Positions 25,906-36,293 of a stretch of DNA of 64,000 nt are shown one piece after another; within the stretch, counting starts at the first letter, position 1; every line of letters starts with the position of its first letter. Origin of the DNA: a virus (lineage: Duplodnaviria > Caudoviricetes); the IMG/VR virus record IMGVR_UViG_3300025924_000001, positions 1 to 64,000 of that record; one strand, given 5' to 3'. The notes below the pieces were generated by a model. That model was not told where the DNA came from, searched no databases, and saw only the letters and a list, made by a program, of their open reading frames with translations. Both the position numbers and the translations under genes were made by a program.

Positions 25906-26732
25906 CAGACCACGAACTGCTTGTAGTCGATGTAGCCGGCGAGGGACTGGAGGGTCGACAGGTGAACCCGGAAGGAGCCGCGGTCGCCCCAGCTCGAGCT
26001 CCACGAGTTCCGGACTCGCACGACGCTGTTCTCCAGGTCGAGCCGGTGCGGGGTCGCCCAGCTGAGGCGCTCCGCGGCGGTGACGCAGGTCTCGTGGCCG
26101 CCGGCGACGCCGGACTCCATCGCGCGCTGCAGCGCCTCCACGGAGCCGTCGCCGTCGATGAACCCGTTCGCGTCCGGCTCCATCCACGCGTTGAACCACG
26201 GTGATCCCATGATGACGGTGCCGGTCTGCAGCAGGGAGATCAGACCGTGAGCGTCGTGAGCGCTGCGGTGACCCCGGATGAGGCCCTGGGTCTCCAGCTC
26301 GTGGCAGACGTAGAGGCCCGTGGAGCCGCAGTCGGCGGGCGGCCACTCCTGGGACGGATCACCGGTCTGCCAGGTCACCGAGTGGTAGAGCCTGATCGCG
26401 AACCGCTCGTTGGCGACTGGGTCGGTCAGGGACAGGCCCGCGTCGACGACGGCCTGTGGCCCCACCTTGCCGGCGAGGTGCTCAGCGAGCGAGACGGTGC
26501 CGGCGTTGCAGGTGCAGGAGCCGAGCGCGTCCACGTCCGCCGCCCCCGGGACGAGCTCGCTGACGCGGATTCCCTGTGCGATCAGGTCCTCCTGGTCGAG
26601 CACCGGCACCGGTGGCTCGTGGTTGACCTCCACGAGGGGCTCACCGCGATGGAAGTGGAACGTCTCGAGCCGCAGGGACTCGGCTACCTGGTAGCGTCCG
26701 AACTTGGTGCGCGTCGTGCCTTCATAGGTCAT
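25905..26732 (-). CDS. papain-like (C1) cysteine peptidase
   Basis: VLDQ...GSCT (Gln, Cys), GGHE (His), RNSWSSSWGDRG (Asn). Confidence 0.85.
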   Translation of the reverse strand: MTYEGTTRTKFGRYQVAESLRLETFHFHRGEPLVEVNHEPPVPVLDQEDLIAQGIRVSELVPGAADVDALGSCTCNAGTVSLAEHLAGKVGPQAVVDAGLSLTDPVANERFAIRLYHSVTWQTGDPSQEWPPADCGSTGLYVCHELETQGLIRGHRSAHDAHGLISLLQTGTVIMGSPWFNAWMEPDANGFIDGDGSVEALQRAMESGVAGGHETCVTAAERLSWATPHRLDLENSVVRVRNSWSSSWGDRGSFRVHLSTLQSLAGYIDYKQFVV

Positions 26733-27069
26733 GCTGTCGTCCCGTCTGGTCGCTGACGCCGAGGTGGTCGTGAACGGCGTTGAGCTTCTTTCCGTGTGCC
26801 TCGAGCTTCTTTCCGTGAGCCGCCTGCTGGATCGCGATCAGCTGCTGCCCAACCATGATCACGCTGAGCATGACGAGCTGAATGAGCGTCTGCGACAGCC
26901 ACTGCACGTAGCTTGACACGTCCCGCGAGCCGTAGGGAAACCCGAGGACCGCGAGACCCACGAAGACGTACGCGCACCACATCGTGCCGACGAGCCTGGT
27001 GAGGCGGATCGCGATCCACTCGTTGAACCGTCTCGCGGCGTCAGCTGGCCCACGGCCTTGAGCGCTCAT
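26722..27069 (-). CDS. DUF1003-like membrane protein
   Basis: RFNEWIAIRLTRLVGTMWCAY...LIQLVMLSVIMVGQ. Confidence 0.65.
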   Translation of the reverse strand: MSAQGRGPADAARRFNEWIAIRLTRLVGTMWCAYVFVGLAVLGFPYGSRDVSSYVQWLSQTLIQLVMLSVIMVGQQLIAIQQAAHGKKLEAHGKKLNAVHDHLGVSDQTGRQHDL

Positions 27070-27464
27070 CGCATCACCCGCTGGTCACCGTTGCCCTCGA
27101 GCTTCGTGACGCGCTTGTTGACGTCCTCCACGACCTCGCGGATGTGCTTGAGGTTGCCGTCGACGCGGTGCACGATGTCCCTCATCGACTTGCCGCTGTT
27201 GGGGTTGACCTCGAGCTCAACGCTCACGAGCCGATCGTTGATGCACCTGAGCGCCTCGTCCTGCTGCGACAGTCGCTCCATGACGCCGGGACGGTGCGGT
27301 ACGCCCGGGCGAGCGTCGGCCCCGTTCCAGTCCTTCATGAACTCGTCGAAGCGATCGTTGAACCGGTGAAGCTTGCGCACGACCCACGAGATGCCGCCCA
27401 CCAACGCGATCGAACCCGCGCCGAGGGAGCCGATGATCGTGGCTACCGTGTTGAAGTCGGTCAC
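27066..27464 (-). CDS. membrane protein with coiled coil (lysis-cassette associated)
   Basis: N-terminal TM helix, DWNG..RPGVMERL, PNSGKSMRD. Confidence 0.7.
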   Translation of the reverse strand: MTDFNTVATIIGSLGAGSIALVGGISWVVRKLHRFNDRFDEFMKDWNGADARPGVPHRPGVMERLSQQDEALRCINDRLVSVELEVNPNSGKSMRDIVHRVDGNLKHIREVVEDVNKRVTKLEGNGDQRVMR

Positions 27465-27500
27465 GTTGGTCCCCTTACGGCTTGTCCCGGTGGAGCGGTC

Positions 27501-28418
27501 TCACGCGGTGGGACCGCTCGTGACGGTGACGTGGATCGCGGCGAGCGCCTTGGCCACCGCGTCGTCGATCGTCTGCTGCACGAGCGCCGGGTCGAGCCCC
27601 TGGTGAGCCGCCAGCTGCTGAACGGCCGCGGAGACCGCGTTGACCACGCTGAGAACCTGCTGAGTGAAGAAGTCGCCGTAGGTGAGGTAGGCACCGGCCG
27701 CGAACGTCTGCTTGCCGGGTCCCGTGTTGGGGTCGGCGTTGGGGTCGTAGCCGGGGTTCGTCAACTGGTACTCCCACACCGCCTTGGCGATGTCCTGCGG
27801 ACTGGTCATGATCACTCCGTTCTGTCCGTAGTCGACCTGCCGTGCCTCGTTCACATCGCAGGCGACGCCGCCGACGGTGACCTCACCGAGGCGCTGAAAC
27901 AGGTTGATCCTGGGGTCCACGTTGCCGCCGGACCACGCGGTTGACTGCCAGCCGTACGTGACCAGGCCCGCGTCGAGCAGCCGCTTCACGGCCCAGTAGC
28001 CACCGTAGCCGCCGACTCGACTCGCGGGTAGGACCCCGTGGATCCCGTCGAAGTACTCAGCCACGGGGCCGAGCTTGGCCCGAGGGTCGGCGCTGACCGG
28101 CGCGTAGTCTGGCAGGTCGAAGTCGACCGTGAAGTAGATGGGCCAGCCGTCGAGACCCACCGCCGTCGCGGCGGCGGCCGCGGCCACGGCGTCCGCGGTA
28201 CCGGCGCCGTGACCGGCGAGCGCGCGGGTCGCGGTCGTCTCCCAGATGAGGACGACGCCGACGCCGCTGGCTCGCAGGTTCGTCGCCTCGCTGGCGGTGA
28301 GGTTGGAGCGACCGGGGAGGCCGTTCTCGAGGTAGCGAGCCACGAAGCCGTAGCCGGCCGCGGTCACGGCGGCACCGGGAAGCAGTCCCGCGGAGTAGTC
28401 GAGACCGAGGGTGGTCAC
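27501..28418 (-). CDS. endolysin, GH25-like DUF1906 (Rv2525c-like) catalytic domain
   Basis: GLDYS, FVARYL, IWET, PIYFTVDFD, GGYGG, WQSTAWSGG, CDVN. Confidence 0.85.
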   Translation of the reverse strand: MTTLGLDYSAGLLPGAAVTAAGYGFVARYLENGLPGRSNLTASEATNLRASGVGVVLIWETTATRALAGHGAGTADAVAAAAAATAVGLDGWPIYFTVDFDLPDYAPVSADPRAKLGPVAEYFDGIHGVLPASRVGGYGGYWAVKRLLDAGLVTYGWQSTAWSGGNVDPRINLFQRLGEVTVGGVACDVNEARQVDYGQNGVIMTSPQDIAKAVWEYQLTNPGYDPNADPNTGPGKQTFAAGAYLTYGDFFTQQVLSVVNAVSAAVQQLAAHQGLDPALVQQTIDDAVAKALAAIHVTVTSGPTA

Positions 28419-28431
28419 GGGGTCTCCCTTC

Positions 28432-28965
28432 CTACACGTGAACCCAGCGAATCTGAAGGCCGCTGGCGTACTGAGTGGTAGTCACGGTGTTCAGCGAGCC
28501 ACCGGAGTCCTGGAACATGACGACCTCGACGTAGTCGTTCACGGCCAGGAAGAGCTGAACCGAGGGGGTCGACATGACGCAGTTGAAGTCGGAGCTCGGT
28601 GGCTGCTCAGCCGCGGAGGTTGGGATCTCCGTGCTGCCGTTCTTTCGAAGCCTCACGAGCCGCCCACCGACGCCGTTCACCTGAAGCGACCCGGTGCCCA
28701 TCACCTGGTAGTAGCCGGCGACCTGCGCAGTGTACCGGGTGTTGTTCGTGGAGTTGGAGTGACCGCCGTACGTGTCGATGACCGTGTTGTTGAGCTGAAG
28801 CGCGACGTCGGTGTTGTTGGCGACCGCCTGAACCGACCCCGACTGGTACAGGATCGCGATCGGTGGGTTCTCCAGGAACGAGATAGCGCTGTAGTAGGTG
28901 TTGATGTTCGCGCTGGTGACGGCCTCAGCGACGGTGAACTGGTGAGGCAGGGGCACGGACGCCAC
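28432..28965 (-). CDS. minor tail protein (C1q-like beta domain)
   Basis: DTYGGHS..NNTRYTAQVAGYY, LAVNDYVEV..FQDSGG. Confidence 0.75.
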   Translation of the reverse strand: MASVPLPHQFTVAEAVTSANINTYYSAISFLENPPIAILYQSGSVQAVANNTDVALQLNNTVIDTYGGHSNSTNNTRYTAQVAGYYQVMGTGSLQVNGVGGRLVRLRKNGSTEIPTSAAEQPPSSDFNCVMSTPSVQLFLAVNDYVEVVMFQDSGGSLNTVTTTQYASGLQIRWVHV

Positions 28966-29010
28966 GTCATCTCCTTCGCGGTAGCCGGTCGTTGGATCGG
29001 TGAAGCGTCG

Positions 29011-32000
29011 CTACCATCCGATGACGTTGCCGTCGTCGAGCAGGTCGAGCTGAGCGGTGTCGAGCGTGAAGGTGATCGTCTGCAGGGCCGCGACGGACTG
29101 CGGCATGATGTCGAACTTGATCGTCCACGTGCCGCTGGCGTACTCGATGTCGTGGCTCACACCGATGATCATGACGTTGATCGAGATCGCGGGCGCGCCG
29201 ACGGGGCGACGGTTCACGGTGATCCGGTCACCGATGTCGAGACCGAGCAGGGTCGAGAACGACGTGGGGTTCGACATCGGCGTCGTCGTGACCTGCGCGA
29301 CGCGCAGCGACGGCTGACGGTACTGGTTCACCAGGTAGTTGCCGAGGTTGTTCGTCTGATCGAAGTCGATGACCTGCTGGTTCACCGACAGGCTTCGATC
29401 GCCGTACTGCTTGGTGGACGGCTGGTCAGCGAACGTGACGAGGGTGCCGTTAAGGGTCGCCGTCTTCTGAGCGTTGGACGCCCCGTCGTAGGTGACCTGC
29501 ACGTCGTTGAAAATCTGCGATGGGTCGTAGTCGAGCTCGATCGACACGAGGTAGGGGATCTCGCCGGCGGCCGTGTTCTCACCGAGCACCGCCTGAATGC
29601 CGCGGTCGGTCGCGTTCTGTCGGGCCCGGTACACGAAGTAGCCGTTGCGGTCGATGTAGTTGAACGCCGCCTCGGATGTCACGACCTCGTTGATCGCCGA
29701 GCCGACGTTCTGCCCCTGCTGGTTGTATGACCCCACGAGCTGGGTCTGCGAGGAGCGGACGTCGTAGTAGACCCGCGCGGGAACGGGCTGGAAGTACGAC
29801 AGGTACCGGCAGACCCGCCAGTCACCGTAGTCGTTGATCGCCCCATACCGCGACGCGATGATGGTTCTCATCCGGGTCGCGGGAAGAAAGCGGTCAAAGA
29901 CCGCGATGTTGTTGACGGCGACGAAACCAAAGCCGCCGTCGGCGTTGTACGCGTCGATGCGGCCGATCGCCTCGAACGTGTTCCACGTGGTCTCGAGGGT
30001 GTCGATGCCGTTCTGCGTCAGCACGAAGTTGAACGGGTCGAGCGCGTAGATGGTGAACCCATCGCTCGCGATCTGCAGGAAGAACGGCAGGTCGTTGGAG
30101 GTGCCCGCCGTCGCGTCACGTAGAGTGTCCCACGGGCCGGTGACGGGACCCCACGTCGTGGTCGCGCCCGTGTTGGCGTTCCACGTCTTCACGTAGAGGT
30201 CGTGCGTCGACGCGGCCAGGTAGACCTCGATGATGGGCTGGGACTTGCCGAGCGCCGTGAACAGGGTCAGCTGGCTCGACACCTGAGAGCTGTGACCGTG
30301 CGAGGGAGAGCCAAGACCCGTGAACATCATCACGGTGACGCCGTTGGAGATGGGAGGCAGGTCCGGTGGAATGGTGATCTCACGGATCGGCCCGTACACG
30401 AGCGTCTGACCGATGGACGTGTTGAGCGTCGAGCTGTGGGGGTTGAACACGTAGTCGGTGCCGCCGTACCCCAGCGAGGCGTCACCGAACGTCCCGTAGA
30501 AGGCGGTGGGGTCGTTGCCGATGATGCCGGCCGTCTGCAGCGGTGTCTTCGTTGCCTCGCTGCCGATGTTGATCGCGATGCTCGACATGGAGTTGTCGTT
30601 GCACGGCCAGTAGCCGAACGGCTGATCGGCGAGGATCTCCTCCTGCGGCATGGTCTGCAGCGTCTTCGAGAACAGGGCCCAGCAATCGACCGCGACGGCG
30701 TTGACCTCACCCCAGTGGGGGTCGGTCCAGACCTGCGGCCAGCGCTCCATGAAACCGGTGAAGATCCCAAACACCTTGCCGTTGTTGACCGCGGTGAGGC
30801 GAATGGGGTTGTAGACGTCGCACTCGTAGGGACTCTGAGCGTTCTTCGGTGTCAGGTACCCATCGTCGTTTCGAAGAACAAAGTTCGCGATCCCTGCCTG
30901 CAGGCTGTTCAGCTCGTACTGCCGGCCGCGCTGCAGGTTCACCGAGAGCAGACGGTTCGAGATGTCGGTCCATTGGATCTGATCCGGTGGCGTTGAGGAC
31001 GGTTGACCGAACCCCACCTCGAGCCGCACGTTGGGCCAGTTCGGGTTGATGACGGCGGGGGTCGCCGGCGTCAGCTGGAACGCCGCGGTCGCCTGCGCGA
31101 TGCCGACAGGTGACAGCTCATTGACGATGTTGACGGTGCCGCGGCCGACGTAGGTGACCGCGCTGGTGGGTGGCGTGCCGTTCTGAAGGAGAACCGGCGT
31201 CACCGTGAACGCCGCGTTGGGTGCGGCGGCAGCCACGTAGTTGTTCGTCCACGTGTTGGCGGTAACGGCGAATGACGCGCTCGTGACCGACGAGATCAGG
31301 GTGTGGCCGCTGTCGTAGAAGCGAAGCTGCACCTGGTAGTTGGACCAGCCGGTCGGTGAGTAGAGGTAGAACTCGGCGAGGTACCGGAAGTTGCTCAGCG
31401 CGTCCGCTCCCGACGTCGACGTGACGCCGAAGTTGTTCGAGACGGAGCTGCCGTTGGGGGTCAGCTTGGCTGACTTGGTCGAGACGAGAAGGGGGTCCAA
31501 GCTGTTGGTGGGCCACGTGAACGCGGAGGAGGACGCGGCCGTGACGTTCGTCGCGGTCCAGCCCGACACGTCCGTCGCGAAGACCGGGTTCGCGTTGAGC
31601 GGCGCCGCTGAGTAGAAGCTCTCCGTCAGCGCCGCACCGGTCACCTGCCACGTGGTGACGTTGAACGAGGCTGAGGAGGAGAAGAGACCGTTCGTCGACG
31701 CGGCTGACGCTCGCTGTTGCCAGCCGTTGAGGCTGACCCGGTCGAGGGTGTACTGCGTCGCGACGTTCAACGCGGCCGTGGAGATGACCAGGGAGCTCTG
31801 CGTCGGCGTCGCGGCGAGGGACGTCACGCTGGACCCAACGCAGTAGGACGCGACCGCGTCGTCCACGGTGAGCCAGGGCGGCATTCCAGCGAACTGAAGC
31901 ACGGACGCCGACACGCCGTTGACGTCACCGAGGGGCTGAACGAAGACCTGCGTCGTGGCGCTCGAGACGTTGGGGGCGGCCCAGATCGCGCACCGCGCGA

Positions 32001-33198
32001 CGCTGCTCAACCCCTGACCGGACCTCAGCGTCATCTGAGCCACGTAGACCGTGTCCCACGCCTGAGGGTGGTTGTTGAGAACGAACCCAGCCGCGGCGAG
32101 GGCGGCTCCGGTGGGTGCCTGCGCGGTGACGTTCGCGTTCGACCACCCGTTGGGTGTGACGGCGGTGGGGTTGCCGACGCTCGTGGAGATCAGGGAGCCG
32201 CCGGCGGTGTACCAGTTGATCTCCACCGCGGTCTGGCTGTAGCCCTGTGGCGCGAAGAGCCAACCCGATGCGGTGTAGAAGCTGCTGCCGGTGACGGGTG
32301 ACCGGTTTCCGGAGGAGGCGAGCAGGGTGACGTTGCTCGCCGTCCCGGCCGGCGTGATCTCGATCGCTGGCTGGCCGTTGAACGCGACGTTGGTTACGGC
32401 AGCGGCTGACGCGTTGCTGACCGTCCAGCCGTCGAGCGCGGGGTTGTTCGTGAAGAACGGGTTGTAGTTGATCGCCTCCGGCAGGTAGAGCTTCGCCTCG
32501 GAGACGTAGAACACGTTCGACGCCGCGGGCGTGCCGGTGAGCTGCACGGTGATCGAGGCCGTTACCGCACCCGATGGGGCGGTCGTCGTGTTCGTCGTCG
32601 GCGTCCAGGTGTTCGCGGCCGCCGACTGAGCCGCACCGGTGACCGACGAGATCAGTGAGCCGCCGGCGTCGTAGAACGAGATCACCAGCGAGAACGCGGT
32701 CGTCACGGCCTGGGTGAAGTACCCGTACGCCGACGCCGACACGGTGCCACCGGCTCGGGCCTGCACGCTCGCCTTGTTGGAGGTGATCCCCGCCGTCGCG
32801 CTCGACCCGTTCGGCGTCACCCGCGCCGCGTAGCCCTGGGGAACGTGCGTCACCGCGCTCTGCACGCTGAGCGCGGAACCGGCGGCCAGCGTCCACGGTG
32901 AGGACGCCCCGGTCGCGAAGTTGGGGTTGCCGTTCACCGCGAACGAGTCCTGCGTGGGGTCCGTGGGCGACACGACGACCGGCACCCAGTAGTTCGCCGC
33001 GTCATCGCTGACGCACATCGTGGAGGGAACCTGAGGGAAGGCTCCCCAGCCAACCGTCGCGACGAGCCAGTTGCCGCCGGTGATGCCGGTGATCGGGATG
33101 TTCAGTGCCTGGTTCGCGGGCGCGATGGTCGGTGACGTGCTGCCGTTGGGGTCAACGCTCCACGAGGAGCTCCACGTGTTGGGGTTCGTGACCGTCAC
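29011..33198 (-). CDS. large minor tail/baseplate-receptor protein with three carbohydrate-binding-like repeats
   Basis: directly after tape measure (GTGA overlap at 33198); three NPxF...W...TPxG repeats; WTDIS..RGRQYEL hub-like segment. Confidence 0.8.
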   Translation of the reverse strand: MTVTNPNTWSSSWSVDPNGSTSPTIAPANQALNIPITGITGGNWLVATVGWGAFPQVPSTMCVSDDAANYWVPVVVSPTDPTQDSFAVNGNPNFATGASSPWTLAAGSALSVQSAVTHVPQGYAARVTPNGSSATAGITSNKASVQARAGGTVSASAYGYFTQAVTTAFSLVISFYDAGGSLISSVTGAAQSAAANTWTPTTNTTTAPSGAVTASITVQLTGTPAASNVFYVSEAKLYLPEAINYNPFFTNNPALDGWTVSNASAAAVTNVAFNGQPAIEITPAGTASNVTLLASSGNRSPVTGSSFYTASGWLFAPQGYSQTAVEINWYTAGGSLISTSVGNPTAVTPNGWSNANVTAQAPTGAALAAAGFVLNNHPQAWDTVYVAQMTLRSGQGLSSVARCAIWAAPNVSSATTQVFVQPLGDVNGVSASVLQFAGMPPWLTVDDAVASYCVGSSVTSLAATPTQSSLVISTAALNVATQYTLDRVSLNGWQQRASAASTNGLFSSSASFNVTTWQVTGAALTESFYSAAPLNANPVFATDVSGWTATNVTAASSSAFTWPTNSLDPLLVSTKSAKLTPNGSSVSNNFGVTSTSGADALSNFRYLAEFYLYSPTGWSNYQVQLRFYDSGHTLISSVTSASFAVTANTWTNNYVAAAAPNAAFTVTPVLLQNGTPPTSAVTYVGRGTVNIVNELSPVGIAQATAAFQLTPATPAVINPNWPNVRLEVGFGQPSSTPPDQIQWTDISNRLLSVNLQRGRQYELNSLQAGIANFVLRNDDGYLTPKNAQSPYECDVYNPIRLTAVNNGKVFGIFTGFMERWPQVWTDPHWGEVNAVAVDCWALFSKTLQTMPQEEILADQPFGYWPCNDNSMSSIAINIGSEATKTPLQTAGIIGNDPTAFYGTFGDASLGYGGTDYVFNPHSSTLNTSIGQTLVYGPIREITIPPDLPPISNGVTVMMFTGLGSPSHGHSSQVSSQLTLFTALGKSQPIIEVYLAASTHDLYVKTWNANTGATTTWGPVTGPWDTLRDATAGTSNDLPFFLQIASDGFTIYALDPFNFVLTQNGIDTLETTWNTFEAIGRIDAYNADGGFGFVAVNNIAVFDRFLPATRMRTIIASRYGAINDYGDWRVCRYLSYFQPVPARVYYDVRSSQTQLVGSYNQQGQNVGSAINEVVTSEAAFNYIDRNGYFVYRARQNATDRGIQAVLGENTAAGEIPYLVSIELDYDPSQIFNDVQVTYDGASNAQKTATLNGTLVTFADQPSTKQYGDRSLSVNQQVIDFDQTNNLGNYLVNQYRQPSLRVAQVTTTPMSNPTSFSTLLGLDIGDRITVNRRPVGAPAISINVMIIGVSHDIEYASGTWTIKFDIMPQSVAALQTITFTLDTAQLDLLDDGNVIGW

Positions 33199-36100
33199 GT
33201 CGTCCCCCTTCCGAACAGCGACAACCCGTTGGTGGGATTCCGGTTGTTGTACCGAAGCGTCTGCGTCTGGTTCACCGTGGCGAGCCGGCTCTCCGCGATG
33301 ACCGACCCCTCGACGTTGTTGTTGATGATGAGAACGCCACCGCCGGCGCCGGCAGCGAGCCCGGCGAGGCCACTGGGGATCCCGAGGGACCTCGGGTTGA
33401 GGCCGAGGTTGCCGCCGCGGGTGAGCTCCGACGCGATCGCGTTGACCGCGGATCGGATGGCGGGCATGCCGTTCAGCATGCCCATCGCGATGCCGGTGCT
33501 GAGGTGGATGCCGACCTCGTCGGCCATGCGCTTCGACGGTGAGCCGTGCTTGAACGCGTCCTTGAAGCCCTGAATCACGCCGGCCGCGAAGTTCATGATC
33601 TGGTCGTTCAGCCAGCCGGCAGCGTTCAGCATGCCGTGCACGAGGCCCTGAACGATCGCGAAGCCGGTGTTGATGAGCCAGGTGTTCGCGTTGCTCAGCA
33701 GGTTGAGGATCTTCCCGGGAAGGTCGCGGAACCACTTCCAGATGGCGTCGGCCGCCTGGTTGACGCCGTTGAGGAAGCCGGCGATGACCTCCATCGACCG
33801 GGCGAAGAGCCAGTTGCTGGCTCCCGTGAGGAAGTCGTCGATCCTCTTGGGCAGGTCGTTGAACCACTTCCAGAGCTCGAGAGCCTTCTTCTCGATCCCG
33901 TTCAGGAAGCCGTTGATCACGTCCTGGCCGTTCTTGTCGATCCAGTCCTTCGCGGTTGAGGTCGAGTCCTTGATCTTCTTAGGCAGGTCGACGCTGAAGT
34001 ACTTGACGACGGCCTCCGACGCCGACTTGATCCCGTCGATGATCGCCTGGCCGAGCTTGTTGCCCTCGCGCTGAATCGTTCCGACGAGCTCACCGAGCGC
34101 GTAGCCGATCTTGTAGGGCAGGTTGTTGAACGTGTCGATAACCAGCTTGCCGGCGTCGCTCGCCTTTCGCTGCAGCGTCCTCATCGCCTCGTCCCACTTC
34201 GAGCTGAGGCTGCTGCCAAGGCTGTTGAGGGCGTCACTGATCTTCTTCGGAAGACCCTGGGCCCACTGAATGAGGGACAGGCTCAGGTCGCCGAGCTTCT
34301 TCGGCAGGCTGACGAGCCACTCGCCAACCGCGGCCTCGTTCTTCATGAAGTCGGCGAAGCCCTTGCCGGCCTTGTCGAACGCCCACACGAGCCCCTCGAT
34401 CAGCTTGACCGAGATCAGGGTGATCACCTCGAGGAGGGGAACCATCTGCTTGACCAGGTCGGTGACGACCGGGATCAGTGGGGCAAGCGCTGGGATGATC
34501 TGCATCCACGCCTTACCGAGGTCCTCGAGCGCGGGCGACAGCTTCTTGATCATGTCAAGCGCCTCAGCGAGGAGGACCTTGACGAGCTGGGTGAGGGGTG
34601 GCAGCAGCGGCTTGATCGCCTCGACGAACGTCTTCATGTTCGTCCCGAGTTCCTCGCCGAACGCCTTCGCGATGTCGCTGATGAGCGGCAGCAGGGGAAT
34701 GATCGCCTTCGCGATGGCGTCGAGGCCGTCGAACAGTGCGCCGAGCGCCGGTGAGACCGCCGCGAGCACGTCGACGAGCAGCTCGCCGATCACCTTGACG
34801 AGGTCGCGGAACAGGTTAGCGAGCGGGGCCATCATCGGTTCCATGGCCTTGAAGGCCTCACCGATGACGACGACGACCTCCTTGAACGCCTCGCCGATCG
34901 CGTTGTTTCCCGACATGGACTTGAAGGTGCCGTCGAGCAGCTTCAGGAGGTCGATCATCGCCGGCATCATCACGTTGCCGATGCTGATGGCGGTCGCCTC
35001 GAGCTGAGCCTTGAACTTTGCGAACGCGAAGCTGAGGTTGCCCTGGACCTCGGAGAAGCCGAGAACGTCACCGTTCGCGTCCGTCGTCGCCGCACCCACG
35101 GCCTTGATCGCGTTGGTCAGCGAGTCGGCGCCGTCACCGGTTGCCTCCAGGGCCGCCTGCAGGCCGGGTGACGTGCCGATCAGCTTCTTCATCGCCTCGG
35201 GAACGGACTGCCCGACGGCGGCGGCGTTCTTCTCCGCAACCTGTCGCAGGTACTCGAGGGTGCCGGCGAGGCCGTCGGTGCCGAGGTGCTTCTTCACCTC
35301 GTCCTCCGAGGTGCCGAGCTCGGCGAACTCCTTCTTCATCTGCGTCGTGGGTGCGATGATGCTCTTGATCGCCGCGGCGACGTCCTGCGCGGCGCGCTGT
35401 GCGGTGGTGCCGTGGGCGGTCATCGCGGCCTCAACCGAGGCGACGTCGGCGAACGACAGGCCGACCGACGCGGCGATGGGCAGCACGGTGGCGAGGGACT
35501 TCGAGAAGGCGTCGAAGTTGGTCTTACCGAAGGAGATCGCCTCAACCATCTTGCTGGTGATGTCACCCGCGTCGCTGGCGGTGAGGTTGTAGTCCTTCAT
35601 GACCGTGGTGACGGCGTCCGCGACGTGGGACAGGTCGGCGCCCTCGTCCCTCGCGCCCTGCGCCGCGGCCTGCATCACCTTGAGACCATCCGCGGCGTGG
35701 TAGCCGGCGGACTCGATCGGGTACATCGCCTGAGCCATCTCGTTGGCCGTGAAGCCAACCTTCGTGGACATGTCCAGCAGGCCCTGGCTGACCAGGCCCA
35801 CGGCGCTCGACGACTCACCCGCGCTGGTCACGAGCCGGGTCACCGCGGCCTGGAAGTCACCGGCCATCGTGAGGCTCGCGGCACCGACCGCGGCGACCGC
35901 GAGGCCGGCCTTCTCCGCGATGGAACCGATGGAGGCTCCCGCGGCACCGAACGCCTCGCTCGAGCCCGCGGTCTTCGCGGCGGCTCCCTCGGACGCGGCC
36001 GCGGCCGCGTCCTGCGCCGCCGCGGCCGCGTCCGCGGCCTCACCGAGACGCGCGAGGGCGGCTGAGGCCTCGTCGGAGGACAGGACGATGCTCGCCGCGG

Positions 36101-36293
36101 CCTCGTCCATCGCGGCCGCGGCCTCGGTGGCGCCGGCGGTCAGCGCCTCCGAGAAGTCCGCGGCCATGGCCACGGTCTCGGTGATCGCGGCGTCGAGCTC
36201 CTCGAGGGACGCGATCGACGTCTGCAGGCTCTCCACCCACTGAGCCGTGTTGACGATCAGGTCGAGGACCGCGGGTGGAAGCTCCTCAGCCAA
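33195..36293 (-). CDS. tape measure protein
   Basis: 1032 aa, Ala-rich, TP901-type core (AMYPIESAG, GKTNF), periodic amphipathic repeats, SPSK motif. Confidence 0.92.
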   Translation of the reverse strand: MAEELPPAVLDLIVNTAQWVESLQTSIASLEELDAAITETVAMAADFSEALTAGATEAAAAMDEAAASIVLSSDEASAALARLGEAADAAAAAQDAAAAASEGAAAKTAGSSEAFGAAGASIGSIAEKAGLAVAAVGAASLTMAGDFQAAVTRLVTSAGESSSAVGLVSQGLLDMSTKVGFTANEMAQAMYPIESAGYHAADGLKVMQAAAQGARDEGADLSHVADAVTTVMKDYNLTASDAGDITSKMVEAISFGKTNFDAFSKSLATVLPIAASVGLSFADVASVEAAMTAHGTTAQRAAQDVAAAIKSIIAPTTQMKKEFAELGTSEDEVKKHLGTDGLAGTLEYLRQVAEKNAAAVGQSVPEAMKKLIGTSPGLQAALEATGDGADSLTNAIKAVGAATTDANGDVLGFSEVQGNLSFAFAKFKAQLEATAISIGNVMMPAMIDLLKLLDGTFKSMSGNNAIGEAFKEVVVVIGEAFKAMEPMMAPLANLFRDLVKVIGELLVDVLAAVSPALGALFDGLDAIAKAIIPLLPLISDIAKAFGEELGTNMKTFVEAIKPLLPPLTQLVKVLLAEALDMIKKLSPALEDLGKAWMQIIPALAPLIPVVTDLVKQMVPLLEVITLISVKLIEGLVWAFDKAGKGFADFMKNEAAVGEWLVSLPKKLGDLSLSLIQWAQGLPKKISDALNSLGSSLSSKWDEAMRTLQRKASDAGKLVIDTFNNLPYKIGYALGELVGTIQREGNKLGQAIIDGIKSASEAVVKYFSVDLPKKIKDSTSTAKDWIDKNGQDVINGFLNGIEKKALELWKWFNDLPKRIDDFLTGASNWLFARSMEVIAGFLNGVNQAADAIWKWFRDLPGKILNLLSNANTWLINTGFAIVQGLVHGMLNAAGWLNDQIMNFAAGVIQGFKDAFKHGSPSKRMADEVGIHLSTGIAMGMLNGMPAIRSAVNAIASELTRGGNLGLNPRSLGIPSGLAGLAAGAGGGVLIINNNVEGSVIAESRLATVNQTQTLRYNNRNPTNGLSLFGRGTT

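Noticed and set aside
33199-33867. N-terminal extension of the 1618-aa tail ORF
   Set aside because: It overlaps the tape measure gene out of frame; the real start is the GTGA overlap at 33198.
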